Shown piece after piece: positions 48,107 through 57,525 of a stretch of DNA of 64,000 bases. The first letter of the stretch is position 1, and every line of letters begins with the position of its first letter. The notes beneath the pieces are model-generated. The model was not told the DNA's origin. It saw only the letters and a list, made by a program, of their open reading frames with translations, and made no database searches. Origin of the DNA: an uncultured Desulfobacterales bacterium (lineage in GTDB: Bacteria; Desulfobacterota; Desulfobacteria; Desulfobacterales; UBA11574); NCBI GenBank assembly GCA_937998305.1, contig CALLDL010000148.1, positions 8,839 through 72,838 on the forward strand. Direction: 5' to 3'. The position numbers and the translations under genes are program-made.

Positions 48107-49636
48107 TTAAAAAGGAAAACCCTTGTTGGACTTCTCTGCCGGCTGCACAGTTGAAGCAGACGGCACATATTTTTGTGCTTTTGAATGAACAATTTTCGAT
48201 GTTACTGTAATCGCCTTTGGCTTGGTAGGGCAAGCGTGCTCGCAGGCACCGCAGCCGATGCAATAATCAAGGTCGATTTCCGGGAATAAGACAAGCCCCT
48301 TTTCCACCGGAAAAATTGCATGGGTAGGACAGGCTTCGCCGCAGGCGCCGCAATGCTTTTTTTTAACATACACGATACATTTCGCCTTATTCAATGATAC
48401 GGTGCCGATTTGGGTCAGTTTCTTTTCTTGTAACAAAAGAGGGGCTATGGCACCGGTGGGGCAGACCTGGCCGCATGCGTTGCAATCAAAATCGCAATGA
48501 CCTTGCAGATAATTGAGCTTGGGCCGCATTATGCCGCAAACACCATATTCTAAATAGGCCGGTACCATTACATTGGTCGTGCAGACGCTCACACAGAGAT
48601 GACAAGCCGTGCAGTGTTGCATAAAATGTGCAGTGCTATTTGATCCTGGTGGTATAATCGGTATCTGTCTGCGTTGCATAGCTTCAAGGGGTGATAAGCG
48701 GATAGGAAACAACGCTGCCAAAAACGTCCCACTAACCGCCGCCGTACTAACCAGAAAGCTTCTTTTAGAAGGTACCCACCGACCCCAAGAGAGGATCGCA
48801 AGTTGTGTCTGATAGTTCAGAGCCGTCTTTTGGCAGGCATCTATGCAATTAAAGCAGGCCACGCAACGACTGGGGTCGATCTCCAACCTATCTATATCGA
48901 TACACCCCGCCTTGCAAACACCTTCACACGATCGGCACGATCGGCATTTTTTTTTGTCGATGACAAATCGAAAAAGAGAAAAGCGGGACACTATGCCCAA
49001 AAGTGCCCCCACCGGGCAGATCGTATTGCAATATGCGCGCCCGGAAATGATTGAAAATGCCAGGACGATGCCAAACGATCCAATGGATACTGTCAGAATG
49101 GAAAAGGGGATATAGTGCTGCTTTCTGACCATCAGGGCATAAATATCGAATTGTTCAAACACATTGACCATCATGTTATTGATCCAAAGAACAAGCGATT
49201 TGAATGGATGGGCTGCGATTCTCCCAAAAAGGCTGTAAGGGTCGAGCAGGTTGACCAAAACAAACGATCCGAGAATAGCGGTGACAACTGTCAGGACCAG
49301 CAAACAATACGGGACCAGGCGATACGATCGTTGAAAAGCGTGCCTTTTTCGAGAGCCTCTGAAAATCCTGATAAAAATATCCTGAAGGATTCCCAAGGGA
49401 CAGAGAAAGGAACAGTAAAACCGACCAAAGATAAAGCTTGCCAGAAGGAGAAGTAAGAAACCAAGACCGAGCAAATGACCCCGGCTGTGTATAAACTGCA
49501 ATAAGGACGGTGTGAATTGAAAATACAGCAACGTGTTGGACAGTGTTGTCGATATCTTTTCATCTCCCTGAAATGCCAGCACAAACAGTATGAACACAGT
49601 GGTAGAGATCGTAATACGAAGCTTTTTGAGATTCAA
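48107..49636 (-). CDS. NapH/NosR-like integral membrane polyferredoxin (multiple 4Fe-4S)
   Basis: 509 aa. TM helices with GRFYCSFLCPLG and RAYCNTICPVG motifs, plus several CxxCxxCxxxC(P) clusters (CRSCRSCEGVC, CVACFNCIDAC, CTACHLCVSVC, CNACGQVCP, CGACGEACP, CIGCGACEHACP). Confidence 0.8.
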   Translation of the reverse strand: MNLKKLRITISTTVFILFVLAFQGDEKISTTLSNTLLYFQFTPSLLQFIHSRGHLLGLGFLLLLLASFIFGRFYCSFLCPLGILQDIFIRIFRGSRKRHAFQRSYRLVPYCLLVLTVVTAILGSFVLVNLLDPYSLFGRIAAHPFKSLVLWINNMMVNVFEQFDIYALMVRKQHYIPFSILTVSIGSFGIVLAFSIISGRAYCNTICPVGALLGIVSRFSLFRFVIDKKKCRSCRSCEGVCKAGCIDIDRLEIDPSRCVACFNCIDACQKTALNYQTQLAILSWGRWVPSKRSFLVSTAAVSGTFLAALFPIRLSPLEAMQRRQIPIIPPGSNSTAHFMQHCTACHLCVSVCTTNVMVPAYLEYGVCGIMRPKLNYLQGHCDFDCNACGQVCPTGAIAPLLLQEKKLTQIGTVSLNKAKCIVYVKKKHCGACGEACPTHAIFPVEKGLVLFPEIDLDYCIGCGACEHACPTKPKAITVTSKIVHSKAQKYVPSASTVQPAEKSNKGFPF

Positions 49637-49641
49637 TGCAT

Positions 49642-50607
49642 CTACCCGCCTATAACATGTCTTCGGATATTCAACTCATTAAGATTCATATTGCCGATAT
49701 TTAGATCGTGTCCCAGTTGGATGTATCGGACTTTTTCCGGTTCCATGCCGTACACCTTAGAGGCCGCAGCATCCACCGCCACAATGTCGTTGGATACCAG
49801 CAATGTTTTCTTAAGGGCCACATTTTCCGGAGTGCTTCCCCGGGGACCGAAGCGCTGCATGACCCGATAGGCATCCACGATGTTCAGGTCGGGCTTTTTG
49901 AACAGGCAGAAATCGGCAATGGATTGTTCCAGATCTAAAGAATGATACTTCATTCGATCCCAGACAACGCCCATCAGGTTTTTCATGGCAATACTCTGAT
50001 AGGTGTAGTGATGGTTTTTCAGTATGGGAACATTGATGAATACATCGGCTTCCAGAACCAATTCATGTACCTCGGTAGAGACCAGCGCCTTGGCACCGGG
50101 TATGGTCACCTTCTGGTAGTATTTTTCATTATCACCCGGTGCCACCAGCGCACCCGCAGATTTGGCAGCTTCTCCAATGCCGCTCTCTTTATAGCATTTT
50201 TGTGCCATGCCGTATGAGCTCGAGGCCACGTTATCGAAAACATAGACCTTTTTTGCGCCTGCCCCAAAGCAATGCGCTACGATGGATTTGACCAGCAGCG
50301 GATTGGTCGTGGCGCCGATTTCAGGTTTCCTGGCAAAGCTGATATTGGGTTTGACAAGCACGGTTTGTCCTTTTTTCACGAACTTTTTCATGCCGCCCAT
50401 CATAAAGATGGCCTGATTGAACATGGCATCGGGCTCACCGTTTTTAACAGCCACAAGGTCCGGTGTCCCGGAGGACGCAGCCTTGGCAAATAGTATCTCT
50501 GGCGTGCCCCAGAGAAATGAGCCACCCACGGCAACCCCGGTGGCCAGGCTTTTTTTCAGAAATTCACGCCTTTCTTTGCTGTTTAGTTTATTCATAATAA
50601 CCGGCAC
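49642..50607 (-). CDS. DUF362 domain protein with twin-arginine signal peptide
   Basis: 321 aa. Tat motif SKERREFLKKSLATGVAVGG and DUF362 core QTVLVKPNISFARKPEIGATTNPLLV. Confidence 0.75.
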   Translation of the reverse strand: MPVIMNKLNSKERREFLKKSLATGVAVGGSFLWGTPEILFAKAASSGTPDLVAVKNGEPDAMFNQAIFMMGGMKKFVKKGQTVLVKPNISFARKPEIGATTNPLLVKSIVAHCFGAGAKKVYVFDNVASSSYGMAQKCYKESGIGEAAKSAGALVAPGDNEKYYQKVTIPGAKALVSTEVHELVLEADVFINVPILKNHHYTYQSIAMKNLMGVVWDRMKYHSLDLEQSIADFCLFKKPDLNIVDAYRVMQRFGPRGSTPENVALKKTLLVSNDIVAVDAAASKVYGMEPEKVRYIQLGHDLNIGNMNLNELNIRRHVIGG

Positions 50608-51064
50608 AAAGGATCGCTTTCTCTCCAGGTATCTTAAGGAAGTAGGTAATTTTTAATTTGGGTACGTCAGCTCCGGAAGGCCGATAGTAGTACTGTACCC
50701 ATCCCTTCTTTTTGGTTTTAATCTCTTCAAGAACCTTAGTAAAAGGCTGCTTGCCATCGGCATCTTTATAATTTTTCATGGGAAAACCGATAAATCTGGG
50801 GATAGGATGCGCCAGCAACTTGCCCATATCATCATCCATGCAAAAAACATAAGAGTCCTTCCATTTATATGGGCCGTTCGTATCCTTGAATTTTTCAAGA
50901 GCGGGCTGTATTCCTATTTTCTTAACCAATTTTGCGGCTTCCTCGACTTTTGCCACACATTCCTCTTTGGTGGCCCCCTCTTGCGCAAAACACGGGTTTA
51001 CAAAAGAAAAGACCGCGAGTATCGACAGCATCGAACCCAGAACTTTAATGAACTTTTTCATCAT
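50588..51064 (-). CDS. secreted single-Cache (sCache_2-like) domain protein with no output domain
   Basis: ATG 51064/51061 follows GGGAGGA. Signal peptide MMKKFIKVLGSMLSILAVFSFVNPCFAQ. Cache-like pattern YVFCMDDDMGKLLAHP...GWVQYYYRPSG...KITYFLKIPGEKAILCAGYY. The track start at 51139 is rejected. Confidence 0.65.
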   Translation of the reverse strand: MMKKFIKVLGSMLSILAVFSFVNPCFAQEGATKEECVAKVEEAAKLVKKIGIQPALEKFKDTNGPYKWKDSYVFCMDDDMGKLLAHPIPRFIGFPMKNYKDADGKQPFTKVLEEIKTKKKGWVQYYYRPSGADVPKLKITYFLKIPGEKAILCAGYYE

Positions 51065-51136
51065 ATCCTCCCTATTTTGTTTACGATCAATTGAAGTTTC
51101 ATATTTGATAACATTTGATACCTTTATATAGCCGTT

Positions 51137-51165
51137 CAACTAACTCAGAACTAAATTTGAACTAA
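51137..51165 (-). promoter_or_regulatory. heptamer direct-repeat array a (3 x TTAGTTC/G at 11-bp phasing), candidate SARP-type activator site
   Basis: The gene strand reads TTAGTTC aaat TTAGTTC tgag TTAGTTG, then aacggc, then TATATA (51130-51125). Lies about 70 nt upstream of the sCache gene start. Confidence 0.6.
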
Positions 51166-51438
51166 TTACTGGTGTATAAGGTTTATTTCTTTGATGTTGA
51201 ACAAGGAGATTAGTAGACAACTTTTGAATGTGTTGCGTTTCTCAGACGATGCCTACAACGTCCCTTTTTACAAATTCTTGCAGCATTTCTAAAAAAGTTG
51301 AAGCTGCCTCTTGTAAGACTTTTAACAAGTCTGGACAAAATGCGACAACAAACAAAAAAAGGAACAATATCACCGTAAAAACAAATTTAACTTTAAAAAA
51401 GAAGTTGTCTTTATGAAAAATCCGTATCATGGGTCAGC

Positions 51439-52083
51439 TTATCCAAAAGTATAAGATTTTGTAAAAAAACCAAATACAGGGCTAAAGATCGGCACCAAAA
51501 AATAATTGACAATTCCGATCTGACTTGATCGCTCTAAAAACAACAGTGTCGCCAAAAGATAAGGACTCACCTGGAAAAATGTCTTTTTAAACCTTTTATA
51601 ACGCTCAGGAATAATAGTCGCCGGTATCTTCCCAAGAGCCAGCGGCGGAAATGGTAAGAGATTCGACACGGCCATCATGAGATTAACACCGAGAACGATT
51701 TTGAACATCCTTGAATCAATGGAAAATTGTTCAACAATCAAACAGAAGCTTGATACGATACTGGCAAGAATAAAATTTGCCGCAGGCCCTGAACATTGAA
51801 CGATAACGCTATAGAGCCTTGGGTGTTTGAATTTACTCGTATCGACATCGACATTCCGCGGCCAGCCGAACCCCGCAATAAAAAAGGCGATGGTACCCAG
51901 AATATCAAGATGTCGAAAGGCATTAAAATGAAAGCGGGTCTTATCTGAAGAACGCACATCACCCAAAATTTGAGCCACAAAAGCCTGGGCTTCGGCATTG
52001 ATGGTAACTGAGAAGAGAATCCCCAGGCAAAAGGCAACCAGATAGTCGAGAGTAACATTTTGTAGATCAAGTATGTATGGCAT
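51439..52083 (-). CDS. site-2 protease (M50, COG1994-type) homologue lacking all three zinc ligands (predicted pseudoprotease)
   Basis: 214 aa membrane protein with family landmarks GFGWPRNVDVD, SGPAANFILA and NLLPFPPLALG. HExxH is replaced by AEAQA (nt 51982-51996). The Asp of the PLDG motif is replaced by Ala (PLALG). Confidence 0.7.
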   Translation of the reverse strand: MPYILDLQNVTLDYLVAFCLGILFSVTINAEAQAFVAQILGDVRSSDKTRFHFNAFRHLDILGTIAFFIAGFGWPRNVDVDTSKFKHPRLYSVIVQCSGPAANFILASIVSSFCLIVEQFSIDSRMFKIVLGVNLMMAVSNLLPFPPLALGKIPATIIPERYKRFKKTFFQVSPYLLATLLFLERSSQIGIVNYFLVPIFSPVFGFFTKSYTFG

Positions 52084-52164
52084 TTTTTTGAGAGAGGCGG
52101 AAAGGTGCTTTGCCTTTCCGCCTCTGGCAAATCGAGTTTATTTCAACGTTTTTCATGAAACATT

Positions 52165-53442
52165 CTACTTGACACGGGCATATGCAGGTCTTTTCGTAAT
52201 AAACGCCAGTACAATGGCCACCATAAGGAGTGCTGCCGACAAATAAAAGGCCATGTTGAAACTCCCGGTTGCGTCCCTGATCGTACCGGCAAGTCTTGGC
52301 ATGAACGCTCCAAATCCCCATCCCAGAAACACCAGTCCGTAATTGAACCCCAGGTTCTTGGGACCGTAAAAATCTGCCGTATAAGACGGCATCAACGCCA
52401 ATCCGCCGCCATACTGCCAATAACCGACTCCGGCCAGCAAGAAGAGTAAAAATACACTCTTAGTCGAAATGGCATAGGGAATCAGAAGCATGGCCAAAGC
52501 GGACACACCGCAATTCAGCATATAGGCTTTGTCCCTGCCGAGGATGTCCGAGTATTTGCCAGTACCCACTCGACCGGCTGCATTGACCAGACCGCCGTAG
52601 GAGGCAAGTATCCAGCCGGCCACCAGACCGGTCGCAGCCTTATTCAACAAGCCAGCTGCATTGGTGATGATAAGAATGCCGGACTGGGTACTGAGGATAA
52701 ACATGGCAACCAAGGCATAAAACTGCCAGGTCTTGGTCATCTCACCGGCAGTCCAGTCATTTTGCGTTGCGACCGGTGCCCCAGATTTATCTTGCTCCGA
52801 TTTTACCGGCGCTGGTTCGGGAACATACCCTTCAGGAGGCCAGGCAAGGACCTGGGCGGCAGCACAGATCACGATAAGATACGCAATGCCCAGAACATAG
52901 AAACTGGCCGAAAGGCCCCAGCCGTCAATAATCCATTTTGCCAACGGCGAGACATAAAGTGCCGCACCGCCGTATCCTGCCACAACCAAACCGGCAACCA
53001 GTCCCCGTTTATGGGGGCCAAACCATTTCAAAGCTGCCGGAGTTGGGGCTGCATAGCCGATTCCCATACCAATGCCGCCCCCGATCCCATAACCGATTAT
53101 CAGACCGGTATAACTTTTCATCATGCCGGCTATGATCAGTCCGAGCCCGATGGCGATACCCCCGATACTGGCCGCAATGGTCGGCCCATATTTGTCTTGT
53201 ATCTTCCCGCCGGGAATCATTAACAAGGCAAAAACTAACATACAAAGCGTTACCGGGGAGGATGCCTGGGCGTGTTTTAGTACTTCCCATCCCTGATTAA
53301 TCGGAAGTTCAATGAATTTAGGATCAACAATTCTGACTTTCCATACGCTCCAGGCATATAAGACACCCAGGCATAAATTGATGGTCGTTCCTGCAAATAC
53401 AACTCGCCACGCCTTTGCCGGCGTTTTGCTTACTGTATTCAT
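52165..53442 (-). CDS. MFS transporter, oxalate/formate antiporter (OFA)-like
   Basis: 425 aa with 12 predicted TM helices. N-terminal WRVVFAGTTINLCLGVLYAWSVW is typical of the OFA family. RBS TAGGAGGT. Confidence 0.85.
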   Translation of the reverse strand: MNTVSKTPAKAWRVVFAGTTINLCLGVLYAWSVWKVRIVDPKFIELPINQGWEVLKHAQASSPVTLCMLVFALLMIPGGKIQDKYGPTIAASIGGIAIGLGLIIAGMMKSYTGLIIGYGIGGGIGMGIGYAAPTPAALKWFGPHKRGLVAGLVVAGYGGAALYVSPLAKWIIDGWGLSASFYVLGIAYLIVICAAAQVLAWPPEGYVPEPAPVKSEQDKSGAPVATQNDWTAGEMTKTWQFYALVAMFILSTQSGILIITNAAGLLNKAATGLVAGWILASYGGLVNAAGRVGTGKYSDILGRDKAYMLNCGVSALAMLLIPYAISTKSVFLLFLLAGVGYWQYGGGLALMPSYTADFYGPKNLGFNYGLVFLGWGFGAFMPRLAGTIRDATGSFNMAFYLSAALLMVAIVLAFITKRPAYARVK

Positions 53443-53626
53443 TATTTTACCTCCTAAATATTTTTATGACCTTTTCCTTTTGGTTCCAGTTCAAAATAAT
53501 GGCGTCGAAGCTGAAACATTCCTGCCGAATATCTATCACCCCCCTTCAAAGCAGTTAGAGTTCACCATCGAAATTGGAGCAAATCGGCGTTTCACTGATA
53601 TCCAACGGTTCTCTTTTATAGGATGG

Positions 53627-53655
53627 CAATTAGATCAGAACTAATTTCCGACTAA
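53627..53655 (-). promoter_or_regulatory. heptamer direct-repeat array b
   Basis: The gene strand reads TTAGTCG gaaa TTAGTTC tgat CTAATTG, then ccatcc, then TATAAA (53620-53615). Lies upstream of the MFS gene, with a leader of about 170 nt. Confidence 0.55.
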
Positions 53656-53880
53656 CAATTTCATATGATAGATATATTTTTCTGAAATGATGAAATCGAG
53701 ATCTTTAGGGGGAATGATACAGTTTTTATAGTTGGTGAAATGTGGAAGACTATCAGCTAAAGCAAGGAAAAATTGGATTTGAAGCCATTTCAAAACCTAC
53801 TAGTGAATGTTTTTTTTAAGTCTTTTGCTGAAAAACGCTTAGCGAAACTAAACGAAAATTCCGACAATGGCGAAAAAAAT

Positions 53881-54351
53881 CTACCCTACGATATAGGTTC
53901 CAGTGCCCACGGTGATTAAGACGTCCTGATCGTTATACAGCTCCATGCGTGTTACACTGACTCGTCTGCCGGCCCGCATAATGGAGCCTGTTGCAATAAA
54001 ATATTTCCCTTTGCCCGGTCTCAGATAGTCGATACGAAGATCAATGGTGCCGATTTTTGCCAAACTTTTTCCGATCTCTTCTGCTGTACGTCTTTTCATA
54101 TTCTGAAGAACACCCAAAGAGGCGGTTAACCCCCCGGTGGTGTCCAGAACTGCGGAGATAACACCCCCGTGAAGAATCCCATGAACGTAGTTCCCGACAA
54201 ACGTTTCTTTCATTTCGAACTTTACGCGCACGTCTTCTATATTTAAAGATTCGATCTTAAGTCCCAAAACCTTGTTAAAGGGAATTTTTTGTTCATACAT
54301 TTTACATAGAATTTGCAACCGGTCATCAAGATCTATTTTTTTATCAGACAT
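53881..54351 (-). CDS. hotdog-fold thioesterase (PaaI/YigI-like)
   Basis: ATG 54351 follows GGAG. HGGVISAVLDTTGG motif. The track start at 54399 is rejected. Confidence 0.8.
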   Translation of the reverse strand: MSDKKIDLDDRLQILCKMYEQKIPFNKVLGLKIESLNIEDVRVKFEMKETFVGNYVHGILHGGVISAVLDTTGGLTASLGVLQNMKRRTAEEIGKSLAKIGTIDLRIDYLRPGKGKYFIATGSIMRAGRRVSVTRMELYNDQDVLITVGTGTYIVG

Positions 54352-54404
54352 AATGAAACTCCAATACAATACCCTATTCCGTAAAAAAATCCGGGCCAAA
54401 AAGA

Positions 54405-55076
54405 TTAAAAAGAATCTGTCTGTTGTTTAAGTATCGTCGCTTCCTCCAGGCAAACATTCACACAAAGACCGCAACCATAACACAATTCGAGTTTATAATG
54501 CATCTTTTCTTCTTGCCAGATGCGGGCGTCGAAAAGACATCTGTCGATACATTCTCCGCAAGCCATACATGCCGCCATGTCGGTTACAGCGACATAGCTG
54601 CTGCGGGCGATGAGGTCAGTTCGATCATACAATCTCATCATTTGAAGATCATGGCAGCAGCAATAACAGCAGCTGCAAAACGCATATATTTTGTTGCCGG
54701 GCATGTAAAAAGTCAAATGCACGAGGCCTTTCTCATTTGCATATCGCAAAACATCTTTTGCCTCTTCAAGAGAAACCTTGCGCCCTCGGCCCTTTTCTAT
54801 ATTTTTTACGGCAACATCGTCTAAAAGAAAACAGACTTTCAACGGATTATCACAACGCTTGTAGTGAGTTCTGCATTCGCAATCGGTTAGTGCAATGGTG
54901 TTAGCAGCGCGAAGTATTTCAAGGGCCTGTTCGCTCGGCATGACCCACTGCTTTGCTTCAACCGACTCACGGACTGGAACAACCCTGGATGCATAGGGTA
55001 TCTCACCCGCTTTTAACCAGTTATCATATTTCTCAAGCCTTTTCTCCAAAAACAAGTCTTTGTTGTTCGGTTTCAT
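54405..55076 (-). CDS. Cys-rich 4Fe-4S dicluster domain protein
   Basis: 223 aa. CMACGECIDRC and CYGCGLCVNVC ferredoxin motifs, plus CECRTHYKRC and CSCCYCCCHD cysteine clusters. Confidence 0.75.
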   Translation of the reverse strand: MKPNNKDLFLEKRLEKYDNWLKAGEIPYASRVVPVRESVEAKQWVMPSEQALEILRAANTIALTDCECRTHYKRCDNPLKVCFLLDDVAVKNIEKGRGRKVSLEEAKDVLRYANEKGLVHLTFYMPGNKIYAFCSCCYCCCHDLQMMRLYDRTDLIARSSYVAVTDMAACMACGECIDRCLFDARIWQEEKMHYKLELCYGCGLCVNVCLEEATILKQQTDSF

Positions 55077-55121
55077 TTTTACAACCTTTCAGTGAGAGAT
55101 ATAATTATTAATAAACCCTAA

Positions 55122-55234
55122 CGTTGAAAAAGTCGAGAATGCCTCAGATCCGAGGCGTCATGGGTGAAGCTGTAGTCGTCTACCGCAAGCCCATGATAAC
55201 AAAGGAGATGAGGTATTATCGGCTTTCTCAACGG
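55122..55234. repeat. 113-bp palindromic element (family H)
   Basis: The arms cgttgaaaaagtcgagaatgcctcagatc and gatgaggtattatcggctttctcaacg are inverted repeats over 27 nt with 5 mismatches. The inner hairpin tcatggg...cccatga begins with ccgaggcgt, as in B1. Confidence 0.6.
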
Positions 55235-55447
55235 GTAAATAACACGGCGAATTTAACTCCCTTTTAAAAATGAACCCTATGAAGAATCCAACAAATGGTT
55301 CGGGAACAGCCCAAACTCTCGAATAATAATATTTTTTTCAATGCTCGACGTGTTATTTATGCAACGATAGGGTAAAATATCTGTGAGTAAGGCCGTTCGG
55401 AAAAAAATGCCGATTAAGCTTGATATTGTGAGCAATAAATCCATTTT

Positions 55448-56173
55448 TTATTCCAAAGCTAAATTTGAATGTATCTGTTTTTTTCCGCAAAGAAAAGTAT
55501 CGTTACCGGTCTTTCGCCACATCTTTTTATTCCCGAATTTCAACCATAAGTTTAGGATGAATCGTGACTCATATCTGAACAAAAAGTGCGAGTTAAGATT
55601 AAAAAGCAGTGCCTGGTCAATATCCGGATATAACTCTGCTGGCCCTGCAATTGACTCGGTATACAAAAGCATGTCATTGGTGCCGTTCCAGTCGATTCCC
55701 CAATCCACATTCCTTGGCAAGAAAAACGTATTGTATGTATTATTGTCCAGTGTCGGATCAATTGCAATCCATGTTCCATCTAAATAAATTTCAGTAAAAC
55801 AATGATAAAACGGACTCGAAACCGTCAAATACGCCGCCCCCATAGCAGGCTTCATAAAATCATTTTTCATTGGATTGGCTTTAAAACGCGAAGGAATTTT
55901 GTAATAACGCAACAGTGCTATCAGAAGCAAGTTCTTGTTCCAACAGGCGCCGTAACCTTTCTCTATAGTTTCCGATGCCTTCACTTGCCAGTGATCTCCG
56001 CCGAATATAATCTTGTCTCTGACAAACATAAAAATATTTTTTGTCAGTCCAATGGGATCTTCTGATGCTCGGACAAGATCATCTGCCGCACTTTGAATTA
56101 CTTTATGATTATAATCGCAGAAAAACGTCTCTTTTAAGTGATTTATACTTTTAGGATCACTATTATAACTCAT
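55448..56173 (-). CDS. transglutaminase-like cysteine protease-fold protein
   Basis: ATG 56173 follows AAGGAG. Candidate Cys-His-Asp triad: GYGACWNKN, FYHCFTEIY and IAIDPT. The track start at 56236 overlaps PhzF and is rejected. Confidence 0.8.
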   Translation of the reverse strand: MSYNSDPKSINHLKETFFCDYNHKVIQSAADDLVRASEDPIGLTKNIFMFVRDKIIFGGDHWQVKASETIEKGYGACWNKNLLLIALLRYYKIPSRFKANPMKNDFMKPAMGAAYLTVSSPFYHCFTEIYLDGTWIAIDPTLDNNTYNTFFLPRNVDWGIDWNGTNDMLLYTESIAGPAELYPDIDQALLFNLNSHFLFRYESRFILNLWLKFGNKKMWRKTGNDTFLCGKKQIHSNLALE

Positions 56174-56192
56174 ATTTTCTCCTTTTCGAAAA

Positions 56193-57095
56193 TCAAATCT
56201 CAATTTCCGTTTTGAATGCAATCGTGGCATGCCCACCTACCTGAACCTTAAACGGTTTTCCGTCCTTGACCTCTACAGTAACTGTCACTATTCCTGGTCT
56301 TTTGATAGCTTCCCCCTGTTTTCCCCGAAAAGTAACAGACCCGTCTGATGTCTTTAAAATGTTGTGGTACACCAAATAACCGCCAAGCGGACCATTTGCA
56401 TTTCCTGTAACAGGATCTTCAGGAATGCCTATTGCAGGTGCAAACATTCTGCCATGGGTAAGTATGTCTTTATCATCAGAATCAAAGGTGAAAACGAAAT
56501 AACCATTGCTGCCAATTGCTCTGCTGATATTCGTTAAACGAAGCAGATCAGGTACGAGTGAGTTCAACTTTTCCCTGCTATTTATCCCAACCATGACTTT
56601 TGAGTGCCCGGTGGAGGCAATCTGAATTGGACATCGATCGCTCAAATCAGATTCAGTTAAGTTTAACGCAGATAAGATATCCGATCTATTTTTACCTGTG
56701 ATTTGTGGAAAAATCTCAAATTTCCCCTGTGTCATAATGATTCTGTAATCAGATTTTTCTTTAATAACATCTACTGGTAAAACACCTATTCCAATCTTTT
56801 GAAGAACGGTGCATGTTTGGATTTTGTTTTCGATAGCACGAACAAAATGGGCAGCTATCGTTGCATGGCCACACGTTGGGACTTCGGTTGTAGGTGTAAA
56901 AAAACGTATCCAAACTTCGTGGCCAGATTCTGTTGGGGAAAGGATAAACGCCGTTTCGGAATTATTTAATTCTCGTGCAATTGCTTGCATTTGAGACTCG
57001 TCAAGCCCATCGGCATTCGAAACAACACCGGCAGGATTTCCTTCAAATCGATTTTTTGTAAAAGCATCTATCTGATAAACGCGATAAATATTCAT
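56193..57095 (-). CDS. PhzF-family isomerase
   Basis: 300 aa. N-terminal YQIDAFT...FEGNPAGVV and ELNNSETAFI motifs. The start overlaps the upstream stop by 1 nt (TAATG). Confidence 0.88.
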   Translation of the reverse strand: MNIYRVYQIDAFTKNRFEGNPAGVVSNADGLDESQMQAIARELNNSETAFILSPTESGHEVWIRFFTPTTEVPTCGHATIAAHFVRAIENKIQTCTVLQKIGIGVLPVDVIKEKSDYRIIMTQGKFEIFPQITGKNRSDILSALNLTESDLSDRCPIQIASTGHSKVMVGINSREKLNSLVPDLLRLTNISRAIGSNGYFVFTFDSDDKDILTHGRMFAPAIGIPEDPVTGNANGPLGGYLVYHNILKTSDGSVTFRGKQGEAIKRPGIVTVTVEVKDGKPFKVQVGGHATIAFKTEIEI

Positions 57096-57523
57096 TATTT
57101 TACACGTGAAACCGCCTGAACTTTGAGCATGACCTCACCATATCCCAAACATTCCACACCGACATCCGGACATCTAACGTAACGCATAAAATGAAAATCG
57201 TCGGGTTCATGCCCTTCACTCAATCTTTCATTAATCAGAGCAACAGGTATAATAAGTTGCGAAACCAAATACACACACATTTTATTCGGACAGTGTCTTG
57301 TTATAAAATTACCGTCTATATCCAGGATAAATTTATGGCCTTCTATATGCCCGGCGTTGCAGTGCCTGGACTTTATGACTTCCGCTTCAATAGAATAAAG
57401 AGGCGCTGCCTTGGACACTCGTTTTACATGTCTTATTCGATGCCCTTTTTCAAGAAATTGCGCCATCTCCTTGTCAGAGTATTTCACTCTGCGCCCGAAC
57501 CGTTTAACGACATTCTCAACCAT
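57095..57523 (-). CDS. TIGR04076-like Cys/His-rich small protein (family call from memory)
   Basis: 142 aa. CNAGHIEGHKF, RHCPNKMCVY and VRCPDVGVEC. RBS AAGGAG lies 9 nt upstream. Confidence 0.55.
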   Translation of the reverse strand: MVENVVKRFGRRVKYSDKEMAQFLEKGHRIRHVKRVSKAAPLYSIEAEVIKSRHCNAGHIEGHKFILDIDGNFITRHCPNKMCVYLVSQLIIPVALINERLSEGHEPDDFHFMRYVRCPDVGVECLGYGEVMLKVQAVSRVK

Positions 57524-57525
57524 AG

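Noticed and set aside
51242-51430. 62-aa hydrophobic minus-strand ORF between the sCache and M50-like genes
   Set aside because: It could be a small membrane protein, but it has no RBS, its sequence is poly-F/L-rich as expected from AT-rich DNA, and I have no homology support.
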